64,000 nt of DNA from the NCBI GenBank assembly GCA_963663165.1, contig OY760175.1, positions 2,048,001 through 2,112,000 of the forward strand, given 5' to 3'. Of the stretch, positions 38,289 through 47,643 are shown piece after piece. The notes beneath the pieces were generated by a model. That model searched no databases. It was not told the origin of the DNA and saw nothing but the letters and a program-made list of their open reading frames with translations. The position numbers were made by a program, and so were the translations under genes. Origin of the DNA: an uncultured Desulfospira sp. GTDB lineage: Bacteria > Desulfobacterota > Desulfobacteria > Desulfobacterales > Desulfobacteraceae. Position 1 is the stretch's first letter, and every line of letters begins with the position of its first letter.

Positions 38289-39080
38289 ATGGTGACATCA
38301 TTGGAACAGTTTTTACAAGACCTTCTTAAAGAGGCCGGGCAGATCTGCCTTTCAGAGCAGGAGAATTTAACGGCCGGGGACCTTGAGTTTAAAAATCAAA
38401 AAGATATTGTAACGGCCACGGACAAAAAAGTGGAAAATCTGGTCATTTCCAGGATCAAGGCCAGGTTTCCCGGCCATGATATCTTAGGAGAAGAAACCGG
38501 AAGGCATTGCAGCCCGGACAATCCGGACCGGTACCTGTGGGTCATTGACCCCATTGACGGCACCACCTCTTTTTATCACAACCAGCCCTTTTATTCGGTG
38601 AGTATTGCCCTTCAAAAACAGGGGCAGACCTTTCTGGGCGGGGTGTTTGCACCGGCCCTGGGCCAGATGTTTACCGCCCAAAAGGGGCATGGCGCCTTTT
38701 TAAACGGGCACCCCATCACCGTGTCCAGCCGGAGCACCCTTATAGAATCGGTAATGGCCACGGGTTTTGCCTGCCTGAGGGCCGGGCTTGAACCCAATAA
38801 CCTGGTCCATTTTAACCGGATTGTGCCACAGCTGCGGGACATCCGGCGGTATGGGTCGGCAGCCCTTGATCTGTGCTATACGGCCGCAGGAAAGCTGGAC
38901 GGGTTCTGGGAAATGGAACTTAACCTGTATGATATTGCGGCCGGCGCCCTGATTGCCGGGGAAGCCGGGGCGTCTGTAACGGATTTTAACGGCGGCACCG
39001 GGTTTCCTGAACAGGGGATTGTTGCTGCTAATCCGGTCCTGTCCCGATTATTGATTGACCTGCTGAACCCAAACTATTAA
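38289..39080 (+). CDS. suhB: Inositol monophosphatase family protein
   Basis: ILGEE, WVIDPIDGTT, GSAALDLC, YDIAAG. Confidence 0.9.
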   Translation: MVTSLEQFLQDLLKEAGQICLSEQENLTAGDLEFKNQKDIVTATDKKVENLVISRIKARFPGHDILGEETGRHCSPDNPDRYLWVIDPIDGTTSFYHNQPFYSVSIALQKQGQTFLGGVFAPALGQMFTAQKGHGAFLNGHPITVSSRSTLIESVMATGFACLRAGLEPNNLVHFNRIVPQLRDIRRYGSAALDLCYTAAGKLDGFWEMELNLYDIAAGALIAGEAGASVTDFNGGTGFPEQGIVAANPVLSRLLIDLLNPNY

Positions 39081-39090
39081 TCTGTATTTT

Positions 39091-39339
39091 ATGAAATACG
39101 TGTTTGCCATTATTTTTATTCTCAGCCTGGCCGCAGGGTATGGCGTGGCCTGCATCAAGGCCCTGTCCCTGACCGGGACCGTTATCAGCCTTGCCATTGC
39201 CGGGTTTGCAGGCTCCAGCATAATCGCCTTTATATTTGTGTTTCTCTATTTTTTTGAACAGGAAACCGACAAGGAAAAAATTGAACGGCTCCAGGACGAA
39301 ATCAACCAGCTAAAAGACATCAAAAGGCTTGAGCCATGA
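39091..39339 (+). CDS. Small membrane hypothetical protein
   Basis: 82 aa, two TM segments and a charged tail; 4-bp overlap with rbgA. Confidence 0.65.
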   Translation: MKYVFAIIFILSLAAGYGVACIKALSLTGTVISLAIAGFAGSSIIAFIFVFLYFFEQETDKEKIERLQDEINQLKDIKRLEP

Positions 39340-40193
39340 ATATTCAATGGTTTCCTGGCCATATGCTGGAAACAAAAAAAATCCTAAATGACTCCGTGTC
39401 CAAGGTGGATGCGGTTTTAGAGATACTGGATGCCCGGCTGCCAAGGGCCAGTGAAAATCCTTTTGTGGAAAAGCTGTGCCGGAACAAGGCATGGCTCAAA
39501 GTGCTGAATAAAAATGATCTGGCAGACCCATTGGTGACACAACAGTGGCTTTCATACTTTAATACCGGAGACCAGAACCGGGCCGTTGCCGTCACCGGTA
39601 CCAACCCCAAAGAAGCGGCCAAAGCCCTGAACGCCTGTGTGGCTTCCATTAACCGGAACCGGGCCAGAAAAATAAAGGTCATGGTCATGGGCATTCCCAA
39701 CACGGGCAAATCCAGCATTCTCAATGCCCTGGCCGGCAAAAAAATTGCCAAAACCGGAAACGTACCCGCCGTGACCCGCCACACCCAGCGGACCAGCCTG
39801 AAAAACAACGTGGACATTTATGATACCCCGGGGCTTTTGTGGCCCCTGATTGAACCCAAAGAACGAGCATTGGCTTTAGCCGCCAGCGGTGCCATTGCCG
39901 ATACGGCATTAGATTACAATGATGTCGCATTTTTTGCCGCCGATTTTCTCATATCCACCTATCCCCATCTCCTGCTTGCCCGGTACCCCTTTTTAGACCA
40001 GGTGCCCAGCCAGGCGGCCCAGCTTATGGAAAGCATCGGGGCGGCAAGGGGCTGCCTGAAAAGGGGGGGGGTGGTAAATATGCAAAAGGCATCCCAAATA
40101 CTGATACAGGATCTTCGATCCGGAAAATTAGGAAGAATCAGCTTTGAAACCCCTGACCTTGAACCCAATGGAATGGAAAATGACACCCCTTAA
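39336..40193 (+). CDS. rbgA: Ribosome biogenesis GTPase RbgA/YlqF
   Basis: IQWFPGHM, DARLP, circularly permuted NKND-GIPNTGKS-DTPG, GKLGRISFE. Confidence 0.93.
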   Translation: MNIQWFPGHMLETKKILNDSVSKVDAVLEILDARLPRASENPFVEKLCRNKAWLKVLNKNDLADPLVTQQWLSYFNTGDQNRAVAVTGTNPKEAAKALNACVASINRNRARKIKVMVMGIPNTGKSSILNALAGKKIAKTGNVPAVTRHTQRTSLKNNVDIYDTPGLLWPLIEPKERALALAASGAIADTALDYNDVAFFAADFLISTYPHLLLARYPFLDQVPSQAAQLMESIGAARGCLKRGGVVNMQKASQILIQDLRSGKLGRISFETPDLEPNGMENDTP

Positions 40194-42255
40194 CCCAGAC
40201 CGGCCGGAAACGGCCAGAACCCGGACAGGCGCCCTCAGATTTCTGTTACCCTTTATCCTTGCCCTGCTGCTGTTGCCGGCCCCTTCCCCGGCCGAACCCC
40301 TGGCACCGGACAAGGACCAGGCAAAACAATGCATCCGGATTATCAACACTCTGGAAAAAAAGCATTACCTTAACAAACACCTGGACGATATCATGTCCTC
40401 GGAAATCCTGGATTTTTACATCAAAACCCTGGACCCGTCCCGCTCCCTTTTTACCCGAACGGATATGGACCAGATGGAAAAATACAGGACCCGGCTGGAC
40501 AACGATCTGGTCAGGGGGGATTTAAACGCCGGGTTTGAGATTTTCAATCTCTACGAGTCCAGGGCAGTGCTTCGCCTTGAAACCATCCTGGCGCTGATCA
40601 AAAACCACGAAACAGCCCTTGACTTAAATTCCAATGAGACCGTTATCATCGACAATGAAAAACGGATCCTTCAAAACAGCATAGACGACTTAAAAGAATT
40701 ATGGAAAAAGGATCTGATCAACCATATCATTTCCTTAAAAGTGGGCAGTAAAGAGGAAGAAGACATATTTGAAACCCTTGAAAAAATATATTCAAGCCGC
40801 CTGAACCGGCTGCGCCAGACCAATTCCGGCGATGTATTCCAATTGTACATGAACAGTGCCACCGCCTGTTTTGATCCCCATACCGAATATTTTCCCCCCC
40901 GGGCGTCCGAAGACTTTGATATCCATATGAGCCTTTCTTTAGAAGGCATCGGGGCGGTTCTGCAAAATGAGTACGAATATACCAAGGTGGTTCGCCTGAT
41001 CCCCAAAGGGCCGGCGGAAAAATCCAACCTGCTTATGCCAGGGGACAAGATCATCGGTGTGGGCCAGGGAAAGGACGGGGAGATCAAAGACACCATCGGC
41101 CAGCGAATCGACAAGGTGGTTAAACTGATCAGGGGGCCCAAAAACACCTATGTCCGGCTGAAAATCATCCCGGCCAAGAAAAGCGACGCCACCACCACCA
41201 TTGCCATTAAACGCGATAAGGTGGCCTTAGAGGAGCAATCGGCCAAAAAAGAAGTAAAGACCATTGAAAAGAACAACCGGGAATATAAAATCGGGATCAT
41301 TGAAATTCCCAACTTTTATATTGATTTTGAAGCTTACCACCGGGGGGATAAAAACTATAAAAGCACCACCACCGACGTTAAAAATTTGTTGGTTCAGCTT
41401 AAAGAAGAACAGATTGACGGGCTGATCATGGACTTAAGAAACAACGGCGGGGGCTCTCTTAAAGAGGCCAACGACCTGACCGGGCTGTTCCTCAAATCAG
41501 GTCCCACGGTCCAGATCAAAACCAAGTACAATATCTCAAGGCTGTATGACGAGGACCCGTCCATTGAGTATACGGGTCCGCTCATGGTGCTGATCAACCG
41601 GATGAGCGCATCGGCCACTGAAATTTTTGCCGGTGCCATCAAGGATTACAACCGGGGGCTCATCGTGGGCACCCGAAGTTTCGGCAAGGGCACGGTCCAG
41701 GAACTCAGGTCCCTCGGGGACGGGAAACTCAAACTCACCACAGCCAAATTTTACAGGGTCTCAGGCGAAAGCACCCAGAACAAAGGGGTGGCGCCGGATA
41801 TCCCATTTCCCAGAATTTATAAGGTTGAAAACACCGGGGAAAGCAGCCTTGAGGGCGCCCTGCCCTGGGATACCATCCTGAGGACACCCTACAGGGCCTA
41901 TACCAAGCTTTCCGGGCTGGTACAACCCCTGACCGAAAGTTATGAAACCCTTGCTGACCAGTCCCCGGGGATGATTTACCTTAAAAAGATGATTGAACTG
42001 ACCGATGAACGAAGCGAACGGACCGCACTTTCCCTGAACCTTGCCAAAAGACAGGAAAGGCGTGCCAAAGAAGATGCCCTGGAACTGGACATCGAGAACC
42101 GGTATCTTTCGGCCATGGGGCTTGAGCCCATTGAATCCCTGGACGATATTGACCCCAAAATCAACGAGTATAAAAACATCATCCTGGAACAGACCGAGCA
42201 GTTAATGGCGGATTTCATTACCATGGCCCAGAAAAAAGGTCTGACCTGGCAATAA
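40180..42255 (+). CDS. prc: Carboxy-terminal processing protease (S41, Prc/Tsp)
   Basis: DPHTEYF, LEGIGAVL, PDZ domain, DLRNNGGG, SASATEI, FGKGTVQ. Confidence 0.92.
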   Translation: MTPLNPDRPETARTRTGALRFLLPFILALLLLPAPSPAEPLAPDKDQAKQCIRIINTLEKKHYLNKHLDDIMSSEILDFYIKTLDPSRSLFTRTDMDQMEKYRTRLDNDLVRGDLNAGFEIFNLYESRAVLRLETILALIKNHETALDLNSNETVIIDNEKRILQNSIDDLKELWKKDLINHIISLKVGSKEEEDIFETLEKIYSSRLNRLRQTNSGDVFQLYMNSATACFDPHTEYFPPRASEDFDIHMSLSLEGIGAVLQNEYEYTKVVRLIPKGPAEKSNLLMPGDKIIGVGQGKDGEIKDTIGQRIDKVVKLIRGPKNTYVRLKIIPAKKSDATTTIAIKRDKVALEEQSAKKEVKTIEKNNREYKIGIIEIPNFYIDFEAYHRGDKNYKSTTTDVKNLLVQLKEEQIDGLIMDLRNNGGGSLKEANDLTGLFLKSGPTVQIKTKYNISRLYDEDPSIEYTGPLMVLINRMSASATEIFAGAIKDYNRGLIVGTRSFGKGTVQELRSLGDGKLKLTTAKFYRVSGESTQNKGVAPDIPFPRIYKVENTGESSLEGALPWDTILRTPYRAYTKLSGLVQPLTESYETLADQSPGMIYLKKMIELTDERSERTALSLNLAKRQERRAKEDALELDIENRYLSAMGLEPIESLDDIDPKINEYKNIILEQTEQLMADFITMAQKKGLTWQ

Positions 42256-42267
42256 AGAGGCATTACC

Positions 42268-45200
42268 ATGCCTGTTTTTGGAAATAAGACAAAACGGGGC
42301 ATATTATACGGTGCCGCACTGGTTATCGCCGTGGTGCTGTTATTCCCGTTCATTACGGAATATGCCTTAAACACGGCCCGGGTCAGGCAGAAGGTCGCCC
42401 ATTTGGCCAAGGCCAGGGCCGGGATTGAAATCCAGCCTGAAAACATTGAATTCATGGTGGTGCCAGGCCCCAAAGGGCTGACGCTGGATGTGGGATTCAA
42501 GCACCTTCAATGCACCTTTGACCCATCGTTTAAAATCCGGGTCAAGGCCCTTTATGTTGAGCTGGATTCCTTGAAGCTGCTTTGGGGCAAAGTGTCTCCG
42601 ACAGGGATCAGCATAGACACGCCTGATATTTCGTTCACCCCGGCCAGGCCGCCCGGCCCTTCCGCCCCAAAGCCTTCCCGGACCCTTGATTTAAAACCCA
42701 ATCGCGAGAATCTTCAAAAATTCTTCAACCTGTTCCCGGACAGCCCGGATACCTTTGATCTGGCCCTCAACAATTTAAAGTCGGATTATTTTAAATCCCT
42801 GAGCGGGATGATGACCGTTTCCAAAACCCGCCGGACCATAGATCTTCATACAACCGTGCAAAACGTTCATATCCCCCGGCCAAAGATATCCCGGATCCCC
42901 TGTCTTAAGGATGTCCCCATTCAGGCCATTGAATCTGAAACCGTGGAACTTTTTGCAACCCTTTCAAAAGGAAAAGGCATAACAGGGCATTTCACCCTGG
43001 GCGGGGTTGGACTGATTCCGGATTCCGATTTGGGCAAACCGGTGACGGCAAACTCGATTCACGCTGAGTTTGGATTTTCAAGGCAGGCCTGGTCCTTTAA
43101 ACTCAGCCCCGCTGATGTGGCCTTTCCCCGGGCCGGCCAGGCCGGGATGGAATTTTACACCAACAAGGATACCGGACAAACCCGGCTGGCATTTATAGGA
43201 TCAAGCGTTGACATTAACCAGGCAAGACAGGTGAGCCTGGCCCTGGGCAGCCACATCTGGGTGGTGGGCCGGATATTTGACATTTTAAGGGGGGGAACTG
43301 CCACGGATGTAAAGGTCTCGTTTAACAGTGACACCTTAGCGGAATTAACCCATTTGGGCCATCTGGTGATCACCGGTTCAGCTCAGGATGCCTCGGTTAA
43401 GATCCCCCAAACGCCGCTGCTGGTCACGGCCATCAACGGCAGTGTGGTGATCCGGGACAAAATGCTCAATGTGGATGCCCGGGCCGGCAGGGTGGGCGGC
43501 TCGTCCATCACCAGGGGAACGCTTGAACTGGATCTGGAAAGCAGCCACCACCCCTTTATCGGTGAATTTGATATCCAGGCCGACCTTTCAGACCTGCCGG
43601 CCCAGTTGATCTCCCTGATGCCGGACACCGGCCTTGCCAGGGAACTTGAAAAAATTCATAACAGTTCCGGATCGGCCATGGCAAGGCTGCTTCTGGAAAT
43701 GAAGATGGAAGACCCCCAGCCCCTGGTCAAGGTTTTTGCAAAAAATGTTGTCGTCAAAGGGTCATATGAACGCCTGCCGCTGCCCATCAATATTTCAAAG
43801 ACAGACTTTGCCTATACCGGAGAAGCGGTTATCCTGGACCGCCTTTCGGGAAGCCTCCATAACAGTTTATTTGAAAGGGTTTCAGCCTCCATTGACTTAT
43901 CTGTGCCGGATTATGCGTTAACCATTGCCTCGGGAAATGCATCCATCCGGCTTGAAGATGCGGCAGCGGTTGTTGAGTCCATTCCGGCACATTTAGAGCC
44001 CGTGATCCCGGCAACCCCAGTCTCAGGAATAATCAATGTTAACCTGTCCCACCTGTCAGGCCCTTTTTTTAATCCCGGACAGTGGCGGTTCCAACTGGCC
44101 GGGTCAGGCAACGATATTAAATTGAAAACCCCGTCCTCGCCGGAGGCTGTCCAGAACCTGTCCGGCCGGTTTAGCCTTACGGAAAAGGCCATTCAGGTCA
44201 GCGATCTGGCAGCCGATATCCATGACTTGTCATGCCTGCCCGGCAAACTGCCCGAACCCGTCCTTAAGAGCATCTGCCTGCCCTTGAAATTGTCCCGGAT
44301 GCATATAGACATGGAAAAGGGAATTCATCAGGTGTCCGGGCAGGTTTTATTTCCTTCCGGGGCCTTGCTGGGATTTAACCTTAAAGGGGCTGACCCGGAC
44401 CATCTTCTGCCAACCCAGCTTTCCCTGACCGACCATGACCTGACCCGGGCGTTATTAAAATTCAACCGGGACCCGGATGCGGCGTTAATAGATTTTCAGG
44501 GGCACCTTTTCTCCCAGACCATTGAAAATCTTTTCATCAAAAAATCGCCGCTTTACACCGGGTTCAGGCATTTTACAGGGGACAGTCCGTTTATCATCTA
44601 TATGGACGAGTCGTCAGGGCTTCATGCCGATATTTCCCACATTAATATAGACAGCCTGTTAGACAACCTTCAACAGACTGACTTAGGCCCTCACCAGAAG
44701 CTGTGGGCAAAAAATGACGCCCACTTCAACGTTAAGAAACTTTCCTTTAAAGGGTTTCCCGTATCGGATCTTGATGCCGTCCTGAAATTGAATCGGGACA
44801 GTACCGATATTCAGGTCAAGCGCCTTAACCTGTGCGGCATGGATGCCTCAGGCCAGATTGCCCTGACCGGAGATCTGTCCTCACAGACCGCTTCACTGGA
44901 TGCCGGCATCAGGGCCGTGGACAAAGAAGATATTGAGCCCACACTGGCCTGTCTGTTTAATAAAAGCCACCTGATCCAGGGGCCTTTTTCCTTTTCCTGT
45001 GACCTAAAGGCCAAAGCCGGTTTAGACCAGCTGTCCAAAAACCTGAACGGCACCCTCTCCTTTCATTCAACCAAGGGACGGATATTCAAGCTCACCCTGC
45101 TGTCCCGGATCCTGTCGGTTATCAACGTCCTGACCGCCCCGGACCTTTCCCAGGAAGGATTTTCATACCACACCTTTGATGTTGAAGGGGATATCAAAGA

Positions 45201-45525
45201 CGGGGTCATTCATTTAAATAAGGCCGTTATCGACGGTGAAAATATGGCCATTACCTTTTCGGGCTGGATCTCCCCTTTTGAAAACGATATGGATTTGACC
45301 TTTCTGGTGGCCCCGTTTAAAACCATTGATGCCATTATTCAACATATCCCGGTCCTGAGCACAGCCCTTCAGGGACGCTTGATTTCTTTCCCGGCCAAGG
45401 CAAAGGGGCCTGTGGATGATCCGGTGGTTACCCCGCTTCACCCGTCGGCCGTGGGCAAAGGCCTGGTCAACATGATGACCGATATCATCAAAACCCCCAT
45501 CAGACTGTTTCAGGAAACCCCTTAA
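42268..45525 (+). CDS. AsmA-like (YhdP/TamB-type) envelope protein
   Basis: 1085 aa, N-terminal TM, beta-rich, C-terminal AsmA_2-like IDAIIQHIPVL...KGPVDDPVV. Confidence 0.75.
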   Translation: MPVFGNKTKRGILYGAALVIAVVLLFPFITEYALNTARVRQKVAHLAKARAGIEIQPENIEFMVVPGPKGLTLDVGFKHLQCTFDPSFKIRVKALYVELDSLKLLWGKVSPTGISIDTPDISFTPARPPGPSAPKPSRTLDLKPNRENLQKFFNLFPDSPDTFDLALNNLKSDYFKSLSGMMTVSKTRRTIDLHTTVQNVHIPRPKISRIPCLKDVPIQAIESETVELFATLSKGKGITGHFTLGGVGLIPDSDLGKPVTANSIHAEFGFSRQAWSFKLSPADVAFPRAGQAGMEFYTNKDTGQTRLAFIGSSVDINQARQVSLALGSHIWVVGRIFDILRGGTATDVKVSFNSDTLAELTHLGHLVITGSAQDASVKIPQTPLLVTAINGSVVIRDKMLNVDARAGRVGGSSITRGTLELDLESSHHPFIGEFDIQADLSDLPAQLISLMPDTGLARELEKIHNSSGSAMARLLLEMKMEDPQPLVKVFAKNVVVKGSYERLPLPINISKTDFAYTGEAVILDRLSGSLHNSLFERVSASIDLSVPDYALTIASGNASIRLEDAAAVVESIPAHLEPVIPATPVSGIINVNLSHLSGPFFNPGQWRFQLAGSGNDIKLKTPSSPEAVQNLSGRFSLTEKAIQVSDLAADIHDLSCLPGKLPEPVLKSICLPLKLSRMHIDMEKGIHQVSGQVLFPSGALLGFNLKGADPDHLLPTQLSLTDHDLTRALLKFNRDPDAALIDFQGHLFSQTIENLFIKKSPLYTGFRHFTGDSPFIIYMDESSGLHADISHINIDSLLDNLQQTDLGPHQKLWAKNDAHFNVKKLSFKGFPVSDLDAVLKLNRDSTDIQVKRLNLCGMDASGQIALTGDLSSQTASLDAGIRAVDKEDIEPTLACLFNKSHLIQGPFSFSCDLKAKAGLDQLSKNLNGTLSFHSTKGRIFKLTLLSRILSVINVLTAPDLSQEGFSYHTFDVEGDIKDGVIHLNKAVIDGENMAITFSGWISPFENDMDLTFLVAPFKTIDAIIQHIPVLSTALQGRLISFPAKAKGPVDDPVVTPLHPSAVGKGLVNMMTDIIKTPIRLFQETP

Positions 45526-45526
45526 T

Positions 45527-46279
45527 ATGGATGGCAACACGATTTACAGCCAAGAGTCCCAGGTGCCCTATTCCGCCCTGGATACGTCCGGCCATATTAA
45601 AATTGATGCGATTTTGACCCTGTTTCAGGATGCGGCATCCCTCCAGTGCAAATCCCTGGGCATATCCGGATTTGACCTTGCCCCCAAAGGCTTGAAATGG
45701 GTGGTCTCAAGGTACCAGGTCACCATCCATCAAAGCCCTGAATGGGCGGATCCCTTTGTCCTTAACACATGGCGGGCCCCCTGGAAAAACCTGTATGAAC
45801 TAAGAAACTTTACCCTGTCCACGCCGGATGGCGCCCCCCTTGTATCGGCCTTAGGCATATGGATCATGATTAATGCCAGAAATTCCAAACCGGTCCGGCT
45901 TTCACCCCACTTGCCCAAGGCCTTGATGGAACCGGCTGCCGACCCTCCGGACCTGTGGGAAAGCGGCAACGCTTTAGAGACTTATGACCGTCAGGTCCGG
46001 TTTAAAACCAGGTACCAGGATCTGGATTTAAACGGGCATATCAATAATACCGTCTATGTAAAATGGGCGGTGGAGGCCCTGCCCGAGCCATACATCTCAC
46101 ACTTTGTGCCGCAGCGGGCCGTGATCTGTTATTTAAAAGAATCCTTTCACCCGGATATCGTGATTTCACAAGTAAACATAAAGGCCCAGGGAAGCCGGTT
46201 GACCAGCCATCATTCCATCCTCCGGGAAGAAAAGCATGAGGTGCTTTGTGAATTAACCCTTACCTGGAAAAAGGGGTGA
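45527..46279 (+). CDS. Acyl-ACP thioesterase
   Basis: LFQDAA, WVVSRY, DLDLNGHINNTVYVKW, YLKE. Confidence 0.88.
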   Translation: MDGNTIYSQESQVPYSALDTSGHIKIDAILTLFQDAASLQCKSLGISGFDLAPKGLKWVVSRYQVTIHQSPEWADPFVLNTWRAPWKNLYELRNFTLSTPDGAPLVSALGIWIMINARNSKPVRLSPHLPKALMEPAADPPDLWESGNALETYDRQVRFKTRYQDLDLNGHINNTVYVKWAVEALPEPYISHFVPQRAVICYLKESFHPDIVISQVNIKAQGSRLTSHHSILREEKHEVLCELTLTWKKG

Positions 46280-46285
46280 CCCGCC

Positions 46286-46777
46286 ATGTCTTTTGAGGAC
46301 CCTTTAGACCCCATGACGGCCAAGGCCCTGAATACCGCTGTCCGGTATCTGGCCCCCCAGGCCCGAAGCGTGGATGAAATCAAACAATATCTAGCCCGGA
46401 AAAATTTTGACGAAACCTGCATAGCCCAAGCGGTTCAGGTATTAATAGAAAGGCATTACCTGGATGACCTGAACTTTGCCCGGCTGTTTGTTGACAGCCG
46501 AACCAGGCATAATCCCAAATCCACTTTTCTTTTAACCCGGGAACTTAAAAGCAAAGGGATCAGCCAGGATATCATTCATAAAGCCCTGGACGGCCTCGAT
46601 GATCAAGTACTTGCCATGGCTGCCGTTAATCGCAAAATTAAACTATGGCGAAACATACCGGACAGGGAATCCGTCAAGAAAAAATGTTTCAATTACCTTC
46701 GCTACCGTGGGTTTGAATATCATATTTGCATTGAAGTTTGGGATAGCATAAAGGATTTTGAAAACCAAAACGGATGA
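46286..46777 (+). CDS. recX: Regulatory protein RecX
   Basis: RSVDEIKQYL, YLDDLNFA, ELKSKGI, YLRYRGF. Confidence 0.9.
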   Translation: MSFEDPLDPMTAKALNTAVRYLAPQARSVDEIKQYLARKNFDETCIAQAVQVLIERHYLDDLNFARLFVDSRTRHNPKSTFLLTRELKSKGISQDIIHKALDGLDDQVLAMAAVNRKIKLWRNIPDRESVKKKCFNYLRYRGFEYHICIEVWDSIKDFENQNG

Positions 46778-46981
46778 TCTGTTGGTTTATTGACAATCGG
46801 GTTATGATATTTTGACACCCCCCGGGGTTGGGGCTTTCACGGTATGTTCAGAAAGTGAGTAAAAAATGTTTCTTTTTAAGAAAAAAATTACATAAAACTA
46901 TTACCTTCTTTTCCACTTTTTACCCAGGCGGCTGACTGCCACAAAAACGGATCTGAACACCACGACATAAAAAATATTTTC

Positions 46982-47073
46982 TAAGTAATTGAAATTAAAT
47001 ATGTTTTATCAAAATTAACCCCCGATATCCCAAAAACCCCTGCCTCTGCCTGAAAAATGGCACGATACCTGCA
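46982..47073 (+). promoter_or_regulatory. Sigma54 promoter with upstream IHF-like site
   Basis: TGGCACGATACCTGCA (47058-47073, GG-N10-GC). TTTCAATTACTTA on the minus strand at 46982-46994 resembles WATCAANNNNTTR. Confidence 0.7.
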
Positions 47074-47118
47074 TTCCTGTAAAAGAAACATCACTTATTA
47101 ACTAAAGGAAATCTTTTC

Positions 47119-47535
47119 ATGGTTGGCAGAAAGCGGACTGTTGAGAGACGCAAACATAAAAGGTTTAAGGCTGTAGAAGGAGCCTATGCTGCCATAAGCC
47201 CAAACTCCCATAAATTAGGGCAAATCATTGATATCAGTATGGGGGGGCTTTCGTTCAAGTACATTGACACCAGAAGTGAGACACGGGTGGAACAAGAGCA
47301 GGAGGAAAAAGCCGTTTTTCTCTCCAGCATGGGGTATTATGTGGGTGATCTCCCTTTCCGGATCATTTCAGACTATGAAGTGACCAATGTACCGTCATTC
47401 AGCTCCATGAAGGTCCGGAAACGGCATATCCAGTTTACCGATCTAAGTTTCAAACAGCTTTTTGATCTTGACTATTACCTTAGAAACAATGTATCCGAAC
47501 CCCTTGAAAAACTGCCCAAGCAGTATAAATCTTAG
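47119..47535 (+). CDS. PilZ domain protein
   Basis: ERRKHKRF (RxxxR) and DISMGG (DxSxxG) c-di-GMP motifs. Confidence 0.9.
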   Translation: MVGRKRTVERRKHKRFKAVEGAYAAISPNSHKLGQIIDISMGGLSFKYIDTRSETRVEQEQEEKAVFLSSMGYYVGDLPFRIISDYEVTNVPSFSSMKVRKRHIQFTDLSFKQLFDLDYYLRNNVSEPLEKLPKQYKS

Positions 47536-47643
47536 CTTCGCCGATTATTCTGTCCGGCCTGCAGGCTGCAACCGTTCAAACAGCCGGGTTCAGCCGTTTT
47601 CCCTTTTATGCAGGATCATCTGACAGGCAAATTATTCTCTTTT

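Noticed and set aside
40063..40071. G9 tract in rbgA (and G8 at 13620-13627 in cyaA) as phase-variation switches
   Set aside because: Both are in frame and encode plausible Gly or Pro runs in conserved genes; no evidence of variation.
46800..46970. 6S RNA or c-di-GMP riboswitch upstream of the PilZ gene
   Set aside because: No recognisable consensus or continuous long stem; a sigma54 enhancer region explains it better.
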